Assembly (NCBI RefSeq): GCF_000195955.2
Contig: NC_000962.3
Coordinates: forward strand, 3,930,001 to 3,962,000
Source of the DNA: Mycobacterium tuberculosis H37Rv
GTDB lineage: Bacteria > Actinomycetota > Actinomycetes > Mycobacteriales > Mycobacteriaceae
Length of the DNA stretch: 32,000 nucleotides
Direction of reading: 5' to 3'
Positions 19,901 to 27,427 of the stretch are shown in pieces (the stretch's first letter is position 1; each line of letters starts with the position of its first letter). The translations under genes were made by a program, and so were the position numbers. The notes under the pieces are model-generated. The model did not search any database. It was not told the origin of the DNA and saw only the letters and a program-made list of their open reading frames with translations.

Positions 19901-20263
19901 GACGGCGGCAACGCCGGGGTCGGAGGAAAAGGCGGCACCAACGGCAACGGCGGCAGCGGCGGGACCGGCGGCACAGGCGGGCCCGGCGGCAGCGGCGGCG
20001 CGCCCACCGGCAGCGGCACCGGCGGCAAAGGCGGCGCCGGCGGTGACGGCGGCGATGGCGCCGACGGAGGGGCAGCCACCGGCGTCGGCGACGGCGGCGA
20101 CGGTGGTAACGGTGGTAACGGTGGTAACGGCGGCACGGGCGTCGGCTCGCCCGGCGGCCTCGGCGGGGCAGGAGGCACTGGAGGCCTCGGCGGCGCCGGT
20201 GCAGGCGGCGGAGCCGACGGCGATGATGGCGACGACGGCCAACCCGGCAACAACGGCAGCTGA
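15794..20263 (+). CDS. PE_PGRS57: PE_PGRS family protein, 1489 aa
   Basis: ORF 15776..20263. The ATG at 15794 gives [18 protein letters not shown], identical to PE_PGRS54 over the first ~375 aa. Stop TGA at 20261-20263. 1489 aa as I recall for Rv3514. Confidence 0.93.
16934..18432 (+). repeat. Intragenic tandem repeat, 351-bp unit, 4 copies plus a partial fifth (starts 16934, 17276, 17627, 17978, 18218; lengths 342, 351, 351, 240, partial 215)
   Basis: AACGCCGGTGTCGGCGGGGCC recurs at these positions. Protein unit: [38 protein letters not shown]...[41 protein letters not shown]. Confidence 0.9.
18421..19981 (+). repeat. Intragenic tandem repeat, ~600-bp unit, about 2.6 copies (18421, 19021, 19621) with a swapped central cassette in copy 1
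   Basis: CGGGGGTGCTGGCATCAGCTTCAGCAACGG occurs at 18421, 19021 and 19621. Copies 2 and 3 are identical up to 19981. Copy 1 shares both flanks but has a different middle. Confidence 0.85.
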
Positions 20264-20608
20264 AGCACCACCTGCCACCAGACAACGCCGTCGATGTGGC
20301 GCTCCGGCGTGCGCAAGGCAAATCGGTGCGATCCTGACCAGCCAGGTGATTACCTGGTTCGACTCATGCCGAGCGACCGTCCCAGCGCCGCAGTGGATGC
20401 ATACACGGTAGGTTCGACGGACACCCTGGGCTGGCTGACCGAATGGCCGCCGCAGCTCCCCGACCGAACCGTCAGCGGCAACATGTCACCTGCATCGTCG
20501 CCAAGCCCAGGCGATCGCCCGGCCCCGCAAGCGGATGTGTTCTCCTGCCCTCCGTGGGCAGCGCGCCCGACACCCGTAAGCGGATGTCCCCGACGGACTC
20601 CGGCCGGC

Positions 20609-20745
20609 CTAGCCGATGGCTACCCCAGGGAGTGCCGCACGATGGCCGTCGATCAAGTGCGGTCCGGCTTCGGCGAACCCTCCGCAGCTATTTCGCGACG
20701 CGCGAGAACACCCGTGCCTTACTTCCATCCACATCGATGTCGGCT
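20609..20745 (-). pseudogene. Decayed 3' relic of an ilvX-like ThDP enzyme gene
   Basis: The minus-strand translation ...EVRHGCSRASRNSCGGFAEAGPHLIDGHRAALPGVAIG* parallels the ilvX C-terminus EGMGVPARRVTTCEEFADALRAAFAEPGPHLIDVVVPSLVG*. At the DNA level, TCGATCAAGTGCGGTCCGGCTTCGGCGAA vs TCGATCAGATGCGGCCCGGGCTCGGCGAA matches at 24 of 29 positions. Both end in TAG. Confidence 0.45.
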
Positions 20746-20823
20746 CGGCCCCCGAGAGGCACGACAGCCGACCCATGTCGACCTTCCGTGCGGGGTGTCC
20801 GGAGCCGGTCGCAGCCGCACCCA

Positions 20824-22470
20824 TCACCCACCGCTCGTCACGTGTCCCGCATGCACGTCATCGGCTGGCCGCGCCTCGGTCTGCTCCTTGGCCCAGCGGT
20901 AGTCCGGCTTACCGGCGGGCGAACGCTTCACCTCGTCGACAAACCACAGACTGCGCGGCACTTTGTAGCCCGCGATCTCGGAGCGCACGAACGAGTCCAA
21001 CTCGGCCAACGACGGCCGACAACCCGGCCGGGCCTGCACCACGGCGGCCACCTGCTGGCCGTAACGCGGATCGGGCACCCCGACCACCAGAGCGTCGAAC
21101 ACGTCGGGATGCCCCTTCAAAGCGGCCTCGACCTCTTCGGGGTAGACCTTCTCGCCGCCGCTGTTGATCGACACCGAGCCACGACCCAGCATGGTGACCG
21201 TGCCGTCCTCCTCGACTTGGGCGTAGTCCCCCGGAATGGCGTAGCGCACACCGTTAATCGTCCGGAACGTCTCGGCCGTCTTCTTCTCGTCCTTGTAGTA
21301 GCCGACGGGAATGTTGCCCTTCTTGGCGATGACGCCCCGCATCCCCGAGCCGGGCTTGACTTCGTTGCCGTCGTCATCGAGCACGACGGTGCGATGGTCG
21401 ATCCGCACCCGGGGCCCGCCGCCATGCGCCTGCCCGGCAGCAACGACGCTGGTACCGCCAAAACCCGTCTCCGACGAGCCAATTGAGTCCGTGATCACCC
21501 GATTCGGCAGCAGCTCAAGGAGTTTCTCCTTGATGCTCGGCGAGAACAGCGCCGCGGTGCTGGCCAACAGGAACAACGACGACAGGTCGTAGTCGTTGCC
21601 CTTGACCAGCGCGTCGACCAGCGGGCGGGCCATCGCATCACCGGTGAAGAACAGCAGGTTCACCTTGTGTTTGTGGATCGTGCGCCACACCTCGTCGGCG
21701 TTGAATTCCGGTGCCAGTACCGTGGTTTGGCCCGAGAAGAGCGCCATCCAGGTGGCCGACTGGGTGGCGCCGTGGATCATCGGCGGGATCGGGTAGCGGA
21801 TCATCGGTGGATTCGCCGCGGCCGCCTTGGCCAGGTCGTATTCGTCTTTGACGAACTCTCCTGTCGCAAAGTCGGTTCCACCGAACAGCACACGATAGAT
21901 GTCCTCGTGACGCCACATCACACCCTTGGGGAAACCGGTGGTGCCGCCGGTGTAGAGCAGATAGATGGCGTCGGCGCTGCGTTCGCCGAAGTCACGCTCC
22001 GGCGAGCCCGCCGCGATCGCGGAATAGAACTCGACGCCGCCGTAGCGCCGATAGTCCTGGTCCGAGCCGTCCTCGACGACCAAGATCGTCCTTACATGGG
22101 GCGTGTCGGGGAGAACGTTGGCGACCCGGTCGGCGTAGCGGCGTTCGTGCACCAACGCGACCATGTCGGAGTTGTCGAACAGGTAGCGAAGTTCGCCCTC
22201 CACGTAACGGAAGTTGACGTTCACCAAGATGGCGCCCGCCTTCACGATGCCCAGCATCGCGATCACGATCTCGATGCGGTTGCGGCAGTACAGGCCGACC
22301 TTGTCGTCCTTTTGCACGCCTTGATCGATCAGGTGGTGCGCGAGGCGGTTGGCCTTATCCTCCAGCTGGGCGTAGGTCAACTGCTCATCGCCGCAGATAA
22401 CGGCGACACGGTCAGGCACGGCGTCGATGGCGTGCTCGGCGAGATCGGCAATATTCAGGGCCACGGCCAC
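20824..22470 (-). CDS. fadD19: Fatty-acid/steroid-CoA ligase (adenylate-forming enzyme), 548 aa from GTG 22470
   Basis: ORF 20824..22710. AMP-binding signature [14 protein letters not shown]. The GTG at 22470-22468 gives [24 protein letters not shown] (548 aa as I recall for Rv3515c). An in-frame GTG at 22464 is an alternative, possibly leaderless, start. Confidence 0.9.
20830..21329 (-). repeat. Segmental duplication block B, copy 2 (partner 15098..15597)
   Basis: See copy 1. Confidence 0.95.
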
Positions 22471-22475
22471 CAAAC

Positions 22476-22489
22476 TAGAACGTGTTACA
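22476..22489. promoter_or_regulatory. KstR-type operator TAGAACGTGTTACA in the fadD19/echA19 divergent intergenic region
   Basis: Exact fit to the published KstR consensus TnnAACnnGTTnnA. It overlaps candidate -10 elements on both strands. Confidence 0.8.
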
Positions 22490-22543
22490 TTTCTTGACAA
22501 GCTCACACCCGACGGGCAGAAAGAGGTGGCGGCCGTGGCAACC

Positions 22544-23335
22544 GTGGAATCCGGACCCGACGCGCTGGTGGAGCGGCGCGGCCACACCCTGATCGTGACC
22601 ATGAACCGGCCGGCCGCCCGCAACGCGCTGAGCACCGAAATGATGCGAATCATGGTGCAGGCCTGGGATCGCGTCGACAACGATCCCGACATCCGTTGCT
22701 GCATCCTCACCGGAGCCGGTGGCTACTTTTGCGCCGGCATGGACCTCAAGGCGGCAACCCAGAAACCGCCGGGCGACTCTTTCAAGGACGGCAGCTACGG
22801 CCCGTCGCGCATCGATGCCCTGCTCAAAGGGCGCCGCTTGACCAAACCGCTGATCGCCGCCGTCGAGGGGCCCGCGATCGCCGGCGGCACCGAGATCCTG
22901 CAGGGCACCGACATCCGGGTCGCCGGTGAAAGTGCGAAGTTCGGCATCTCCGAGGCCAAGTGGAGCCTGTACCCGATGGGCGGCTCGGCCGTGCGGCTGG
23001 TCCGGCAGATCCCCTACACTCTGGCCTGCGACCTGCTGCTGACCGGACGGCACATTACCGCCGCCGAGGCCAAGGAAATGGGCCTGATCGGCCACGTGGT
23101 GCCCGACGGCCAGGCGCTGACCAAGGCTCTAGAACTTGCCGACGCCATCTCGGCTAACGGACCCCTGGCCGTGCAGGCCATCCTGCGGTCCATCCGCGAG
23201 ACCGAGTGCATGCCCGAAAACGAGGCGTTCAAGATCGACACCCAGATCGGCATCAAGGTCTTCCTGTCCGACGACGCCAAGGAAGGCCCGCGCGCGTTCG
23301 CCGAGAAGCGCGCACCCAACTTCCAGAACCGCTAG
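22544..23335 (+). CDS. echA19: Enoyl-CoA hydratase (crotonase family), 263 aa from GTG 22544
   Basis: ORF 22427..23335. Crotonase features: RPAARNAL, and FCAGMDLK as the oxyanion-hole region. GTG 22544 gives the 263 aa I recall for Rv3516. GTG 22535 has better Shine-Dalgarno spacing (AAGAGG at 22521-22526) and is a credible alternative. Confidence 0.88.
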   Translation: MESGPDALVERRGHTLIVTMNRPAARNALSTEMMRIMVQAWDRVDNDPDIRCCILTGAGGYFCAGMDLKAATQKPPGDSFKDGSYGPSRIDALLKGRRLTKPLIAAVEGPAIAGGTEILQGTDIRVAGESAKFGISEAKWSLYPMGGSAVRLVRQIPYTLACDLLLTGRHITAAEAKEMGLIGHVVPDGQALTKALELADAISANGPLAVQAILRSIRETECMPENEAFKIDTQIGIKVFLSDDAKEGPRAFAEKRAPNFQNR

Positions 23336-23343
23336 GCGCCGAG

Positions 23344-23391
23344 CGTGAACTGAGGGCGAGATTTCGGCCGATTTTCCGCCCTCAGTTCACG
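23344..23391. repeat. Hairpin element copy 1: 15-bp perfect inverted repeat with an 18-nt loop, directly after the echA19 stop
   Basis: CGTGAACTGAGGGCG (23344-23358) pairs with CGCCCTCAGTTCACG (23377-23391). The loop AGATTTCGGCCGATTTTC contains the palindrome TCGGCCGA. A second copy lies at 24261-24318. Confidence 0.7.
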
Positions 23392-23430
23392 TTGGACGGC
23401 GGTGTCGGTGCACGACGGCACACTGCGATC

Positions 23431-24270
23431 GTGATCGAACCATTCCTCGGCAGCGAAGCGATTGCCTCCGGCGCGTTGACGCGGCACCGGCTGCGAAGCG
23501 CATACGCCACGATCCACCCCGACGTCTATGTCTCCCCCGGCGCCGACCTGACCGCATGGAGTCGCGCTCAGGCCGCCTGGCTATGGTCGCGGCGGCGCGG
23601 CGTCATCGCCGGGCAGTCGGCGGCGGCGATGCACGGCGCCAAATGGGTCGACGCGCGACAGGCGGCCGAGCTGCTCTACGACCACCGTCGCCCGCCGGCC
23701 GGCATCCACACCTGGTCGGACCGTGTCGCCGACGACGAGATCCAGCCAATCTCCGGCATGAATACGACCACACCGGCGCGCACCGCCCTCGACCTCGCCC
23801 GCCGCTATCCGGTCGGCAAGGCCGTCGCGGCCATCGATGCGCTCGCCCGCGCGACGGACCTCAAGCTGGCCGATGTCGAGATGCTCGCCGAACGCTACCG
23901 GGGAAGCCGCGGCATCCGAAATGCTCGTATCGCATTGGATCTGGTGGATCCAGGTGCCGAGTCACCTCGCGAGACGTGGCTGCGTCTGCTACTCATCCGA
24001 GCGGGCTTTCCAAGACCACAGACCCAGATCCCGGTTTACGACGAGTACGGCCAGCTGGTCGCGGTTATCGATATGGGTTGGGCAGGAATCAAGGTCGGCG
24101 TGGATTACGAGGGCGACCATCACCGGACCGACCGCAGAACGTTCAACAAGGACATCAAGCGTGCCGAAGCGTTGACCGAGCTTGGGTGGACCGACGTACG
24201 CGTGACGGTCGAGGACACCGAGGGTGGCATCATCTGGCGGGTGTCAGCGGCCTGGCAGCGCCGAACGTGA
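23431..24270 (+). CDS. Rv3517: Conserved hypothetical protein, 279 aa, with a DUF559 / restriction-endonuclease-like C-terminal domain. It looks like an accessory gene.
   Basis: ORF 23206..24270. GTG 23431 gives MIEPFLGSEAIASGALTRHRL. The C-terminal pattern ESPRETWLRLLLIRAGFPRPQTQ...VIDMGW...VGVDYEGDHHRTDRRTFNKDIKRAEAL..GW is typical of DUF559-type proteins; this domain call is from memory. Confidence 0.72.
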   Translation: MIEPFLGSEAIASGALTRHRLRSAYATIHPDVYVSPGADLTAWSRAQAAWLWSRRRGVIAGQSAAAMHGAKWVDARQAAELLYDHRRPPAGIHTWSDRVADDEIQPISGMNTTTPARTALDLARRYPVGKAVAAIDALARATDLKLADVEMLAERYRGSRGIRNARIALDLVDPGAESPRETWLRLLLIRAGFPRPQTQIPVYDEYGQLVAVIDMGWAGIKVGVDYEGDHHRTDRRTFNKDIKRAEALTELGWTDVRVTVEDTEGGIIWRVSAAWQRRT

Positions 24271-24318
24271 ACTCACGGCGGAGATTCGGCCGATATTCCG
24301 CCCTCAGTTCACGTTCGG
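24261..24318. repeat. Hairpin element copy 2: 21-bp inverted repeat with 2 mismatches and a 16-nt loop, overlapping the Rv3517 stop
   Basis: CCGAACGTGAACTCACGGCGG (24261-24281) pairs with CCGCCCTCAGTTCACGTTCGG (24298-24318). The loop AGATTCGGCCGATATT keeps the TCGGCCGA core. It is a direct repeat of the 23344-23391 element. Confidence 0.7.
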
Positions 24319-24324
24319 CGTGGC

Positions 24325-25521
24325 TCAGCCCAGCGGCGGGCTCGGCGTGAACACCACCGGCATGGATTCCAGGCCGCTGACAAAGTTCGCCGGCCGCAGC
24401 GGCAACACGGAGTCATCGGCGACCAACCGCAGGTCGGGTAGCCGCCGCAACACCCGTTCCGTCATCAACGACAGCTCCAACCGGGCCAGCTGATTGCCCA
24501 GGCAGAAATGCGTGCCGAAGCCAAACGCCAAGTGGCTGTTTGGATTTCGCTGAACATCAAACTTTTCCGGTTCACAGAAAACCGCCTCGTCGAAGTTCGC
24601 CGACTCGAAGAGCAGCATCATCTTCTCGCCGGCACACAACGCCGTGCCGTGAAACTCGGTATCCGCGGTCAACACCCGGCACATGTTCTTTACCGGGGCG
24701 GTCCAACGTAGCATCTCCTCGATGGCCCCGGGCAGCAACGACGGGTCGCGCTGCAGCAGGTCCCACTGGTCACGGTTGCGCAGCAGCTGCTCGGTACCAC
24801 CGCTCAAGGTATGCCGCGTGGTCTCGTCGCCGCCGATCAGGATCAGCAGCGTCTCCATGACCAGCTCGTCGTCGCTTAGCCGCTCGCCGTCAACTTCGGA
24901 ACTCACCAGCACGCTGACCAGGTCGTCGGTGGGGTCCGCTCGCCGTGCCGCAATGGTGGCCCGGGTGAAGTCGTTGTAGGCCGCGAAGGCGTCCATGGTG
25001 ATCTGGAAATCCTCTTGAGACACATGCGAACTGAGGAATGTCACCAGATCGTCGGACCACCGCAAGAACATGTCCCGCTGCTCTGGACGCACCCCGAGCA
25101 TGTCGCCGATCACCGCCATCGGTAGCGGCGCGGCCAGGTCCCGCACGAAGTCACACTCGCCGCGTTCGCACACGGCGTCGATCAGGGTGTCACACAGCGC
25201 GGCAATCGACGCCTCCTTGTCCTTCACCCGCTTGCGGGTGAAGCCGGCGTTAACCAGCTTGCGCCGCAACAGATGTGCGGGATCGTCCATGTCGATCATC
25301 ATCGGCAGGGCGGGCTGGTCGGGGCGGATGCCGCCGGCGTTGGAGAACAGCTCGGGTTGACGTTCGGCGTCGATCACCGCCTGGTACGTCGACGCGGCCG
25401 CCAGGCCGTTGCGATCGCGGAACACCGGTTGGTTGGCCCGCATCCACCGGTACGCGGCCCGCGCCTCGCGGCTGGCGTAGAAGTTGCCGTCGGCCAGATC
25501 CACGTCCGGAGCTTCAGTCAT
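24325..25521 (-). CDS. cyp142: Cytochrome P450 (steroid C26-monooxygenase), 398 aa
   Basis: ORF 24325..25668. The internal ATG at 25521-25519 gives MTEAPDVDLADGNFY and has GGAGGA 6 nt upstream. Heme-binding loop FGFGTHFCLGNQLA, I-helix GGDETTRH and EXXR motif EEMLRW are present. Confidence 0.93.
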   Translation of the reverse strand: MTEAPDVDLADGNFYASREARAAYRWMRANQPVFRDRNGLAAASTYQAVIDAERQPELFSNAGGIRPDQPALPMMIDMDDPAHLLRRKLVNAGFTRKRVKDKEASIAALCDTLIDAVCERGECDFVRDLAAPLPMAVIGDMLGVRPEQRDMFLRWSDDLVTFLSSHVSQEDFQITMDAFAAYNDFTRATIAARRADPTDDLVSVLVSSEVDGERLSDDELVMETLLILIGGDETTRHTLSGGTEQLLRNRDQWDLLQRDPSLLPGAIEEMLRWTAPVKNMCRVLTADTEFHGTALCAGEKMMLLFESANFDEAVFCEPEKFDVQRNPNSHLAFGFGTHFCLGNQLARLELSLMTERVLRRLPDLRLVADDSVLPLRPANFVSGLESMPVVFTPSPPLG

Positions 25522-25549
25522 CGCGATCCTCCGCACTACAGTGGGCGAT

Positions 25550-26260
25550 ATGCCCGTCTCGCAACACACCATCGCCGGCACGGTGCTCACCATGCCGGTG
25601 CGCATTCGCACCGCCAACCTGCATTCCGCGATGTTCTCGGTGCCCGCCGACCCAGCGCAGCGCCTCATCGACTACAGCGGGCTGCGGGTGTGCGAATACC
25701 TGCCCGGTAAGGCAATCGTGATGCAGATGCTGGTGCGCTACGTCGACGGGGATTTGGGGCGATACCACGAGTACGGCACCGCGATCATGGTGAACCCGCC
25801 CGGCACCCAACGCCGCGGGCCCAGAGCCCTCACCCGAGCCGCCGCGTTCATCCATCATCTGCCGGTAGATCAGGTGTTCACGCTTGAGGCCGGGCGCACC
25901 ATCTGGGGCTTCCCGAAGATCATGGCGGACTTCAACGTCACCGACGGCCGGAGGTTCGGCTTCGACGTCAGCGCCGACGGACGGTTGATCGCCGGGATCG
26001 AGTTCAGCACCGGCCTGCCGGTGCCGACCCTCGGGTGGCAAATGTTGAAGACCTACTCCCACCATGACGGCGTAACTCGCGAGATTCCCTGGGAAATGAA
26101 AGTCTCGGGCCTGCGCGCCCGGCTCGGCGGCGCCCGACTGCGGTTGGGAGACCATCCCTACGCCAAAGAACTGGCATCGCTGGGCCTGCCGAAGCGGGCT
26201 CTGTTGTCCCAGTCGGCGGCCAACGTAGAAATGACCTTCGGCGACGGTCACCCGATCTGA
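25550..26260 (+). CDS. Rv3519: Conserved hypothetical protein, 236 aa
   Basis: ORF 25484..26260. ATG 25550 (MPVSQHTIAG...) gives 236 aa. TACAGT at 25537-25542 is placed like a -10 for a leaderless transcript. I found no confident domain call from sequence alone. Confidence 0.72.
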   Translation: MPVSQHTIAGTVLTMPVRIRTANLHSAMFSVPADPAQRLIDYSGLRVCEYLPGKAIVMQMLVRYVDGDLGRYHEYGTAIMVNPPGTQRRGPRALTRAAAFIHHLPVDQVFTLEAGRTIWGFPKIMADFNVTDGRRFGFDVSADGRLIAGIEFSTGLPVPTLGWQMLKTYSHHDGVTREIPWEMKVSGLRARLGGARLRLGDHPYAKELASLGLPKRALLSQSAANVEMTFGDGHPI

Positions 26261-26291
26261 ACCGCAAGAAAGCGAAGCCATCAGCCCAATC

Positions 26292-26305
26292 TAGAACGCG
26301 TTCTA
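26292..26305. promoter_or_regulatory. KstR-type box TAGAACGCGTTCTA (core of the 16-bp perfect palindrome CTAGAACGCGTTCTAG) between convergent genes
   Basis: Perfect fit to TnnAACnnGTTnnA. It lies 32 bp after the Rv3519 stop and 20 bp after the Rv3520c stop, so it has no obvious downstream gene. Confidence 0.55.
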
Positions 26306-26324
26306 GCCCGCTGGCAAGGATCGA

Positions 26325-27368
26325 TCAGACCAGGGCGGCAAGGTCGCGGACCTGCTCTGCGCTGCCGGCGGTCACCACCATCATGGTGACCCCGGCGGCC
26401 TCCCAGACGGCCATCTGCTTACGCACGTGGTCGATGTCACCGACGATCACGGCGTCGTCGACGAGCTCGTCCGGGATGATCTCGGCGGCCTCGTCCTTGC
26501 GGCCAGACCGAAATAACTTGGTGACCTCATCGACCACTTGCGTGTACCCCATCCGGCGATAGACGTCGGCGTGGAAGTTGGTCTCTTCGGCGCCCATCCC
26601 GCCCATGTAGAGCGCCAGGAACGGCTTGATTCCGGCAAACGCGGCCGCCCGATCGTCGGTGATGACCACCTGCGCCGTCGCGCAGATCTCGAAGTCCTCG
26701 CGGCTACGCCGGGCGCCGGGCCGGGCGAATCCTTCGTCGAGCCATTCGTTGTACATGCCGGCCATGCGTGGCGAATAGAAGATGGGCAGCCAGCCATCGC
26801 AGATCTCGGCGGCCAGCGCGACGTTCTTGGGCCCCTCGGCCCCCAGCATGATTGGTATGTCGGCGCGCAGCGGATGGGTGATGGGTTTGAGCGCTTTGCC
26901 CAGACCTGTCGTGCCCTCCCCCGTCAGTGGCAGCCGGTAGTGCGGCCCGGCGCTGGTCACCGGCGATTCTCGGGCCCACACCTGGCGCACGATGTCGATG
27001 TATTCGCGGGTGCGAGCCAGCGGCTTGGGAAACCGCTGCCCGTACCAACCCTCGACCACCTGCGGACCGGACACGCCGAGCCCGAGAATGTGCCGGCCAC
27101 CGGACAGATGGTCCAGTGTCAGCGCGGCCATCGCACAGGCCGTTGGTGTGCGCGCGGACAGCTGGATCACCGACGTACCCAGCCGCACCCGTTGCGTCGA
27201 CGAGCCCCACCAGGCCAGCGGCGTGTAGGCGTCGGACCCCCACGCCTCGGCGGTGAACACCGTGTCAAAACCCGCATCCTCGGCCGCGGCGACGAGTTCC
27301 GCATGGTTCTGCGGCGGCTGCGCGCCCCAATACCCCAGCTGTAGTCCGAGCTTCATCCCTGCCTCCAC
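26325..27368 (-). CDS. Rv3520c: Luciferase-like (LLM class) F420/flavin-dependent oxidoreductase, 347 aa from GTG 27368
   Basis: ORF 26325..27368. N-terminus MEAGMKLGLQLGYWG. The internal ATG at 27356-27354 (MKLGLQLGYW) is preceded by GGAGG with 5-nt spacing and may be the real start (343 aa). Confidence 0.88.
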   Translation of the reverse strand: MEAGMKLGLQLGYWGAQPPQNHAELVAAAEDAGFDTVFTAEAWGSDAYTPLAWWGSSTQRVRLGTSVIQLSARTPTACAMAALTLDHLSGGRHILGLGVSGPQVVEGWYGQRFPKPLARTREYIDIVRQVWARESPVTSAGPHYRLPLTGEGTTGLGKALKPITHPLRADIPIMLGAEGPKNVALAAEICDGWLPIFYSPRMAGMYNEWLDEGFARPGARRSREDFEICATAQVVITDDRAAAFAGIKPFLALYMGGMGAEETNFHADVYRRMGYTQVVDEVTKLFRSGRKDEAAEIIPDELVDDAVIVGDIDHVRKQMAVWEAAGVTMMVVTAGSAEQVRDLAALV

Positions 27369-27403
27369 GACGCCCTTCAGGAGGGCAATGTTGAAACCGT
27401 TGT

Positions 27404-27417
27404 TAGAACCTGTTCTA
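27404..27417. promoter_or_regulatory. KstR-type operator TAGAACCTGTTCTA in the Rv3520c/Rv3521 divergent intergenic region
   Basis: Exact fit to TnnAACnnGTTnnA. It lies 36 bp from the Rv3520c GTG and 11 bp from GTG 27428 of Rv3521. Confidence 0.8.
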
Positions 27418-27427
27418 CTCGACAGGC

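Noticed and set aside
20443..21486. 347-aa plus-strand ORF, and the related 20616..21167 and 15110..15712 ORFs.
   Set aside because: They are antisense to the well-supported fadD19 and fadD18 coding sequence, Arg/Pro-rich and of low complexity, with no motifs. This is a typical high-GC shadow ORF.
23206..24350. Idea that Rv3517 plus its flanking inverted-repeat hairpins is an insertion sequence.
   Set aside because: The flanking elements are in direct, not inverted, orientation relative to each other. The encoded protein is DUF559/endonuclease-like, not a recognisable transposase, and I saw no target-site duplication. It is kept only as a cassette-or-terminator hypothesis in the findings.
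27392..27405. Second KstR-like half-match TGAAACCGTTGTTA next to the real box, and an inner AACCCGTT match near 30045 inside ltp3.
   Set aside because: The first has AAC-CG-TTG, so the GTT half is out of register. The second lacks the flanking T and A and lies within coding sequence. Neither fits TnnAACnnGTTnnA.
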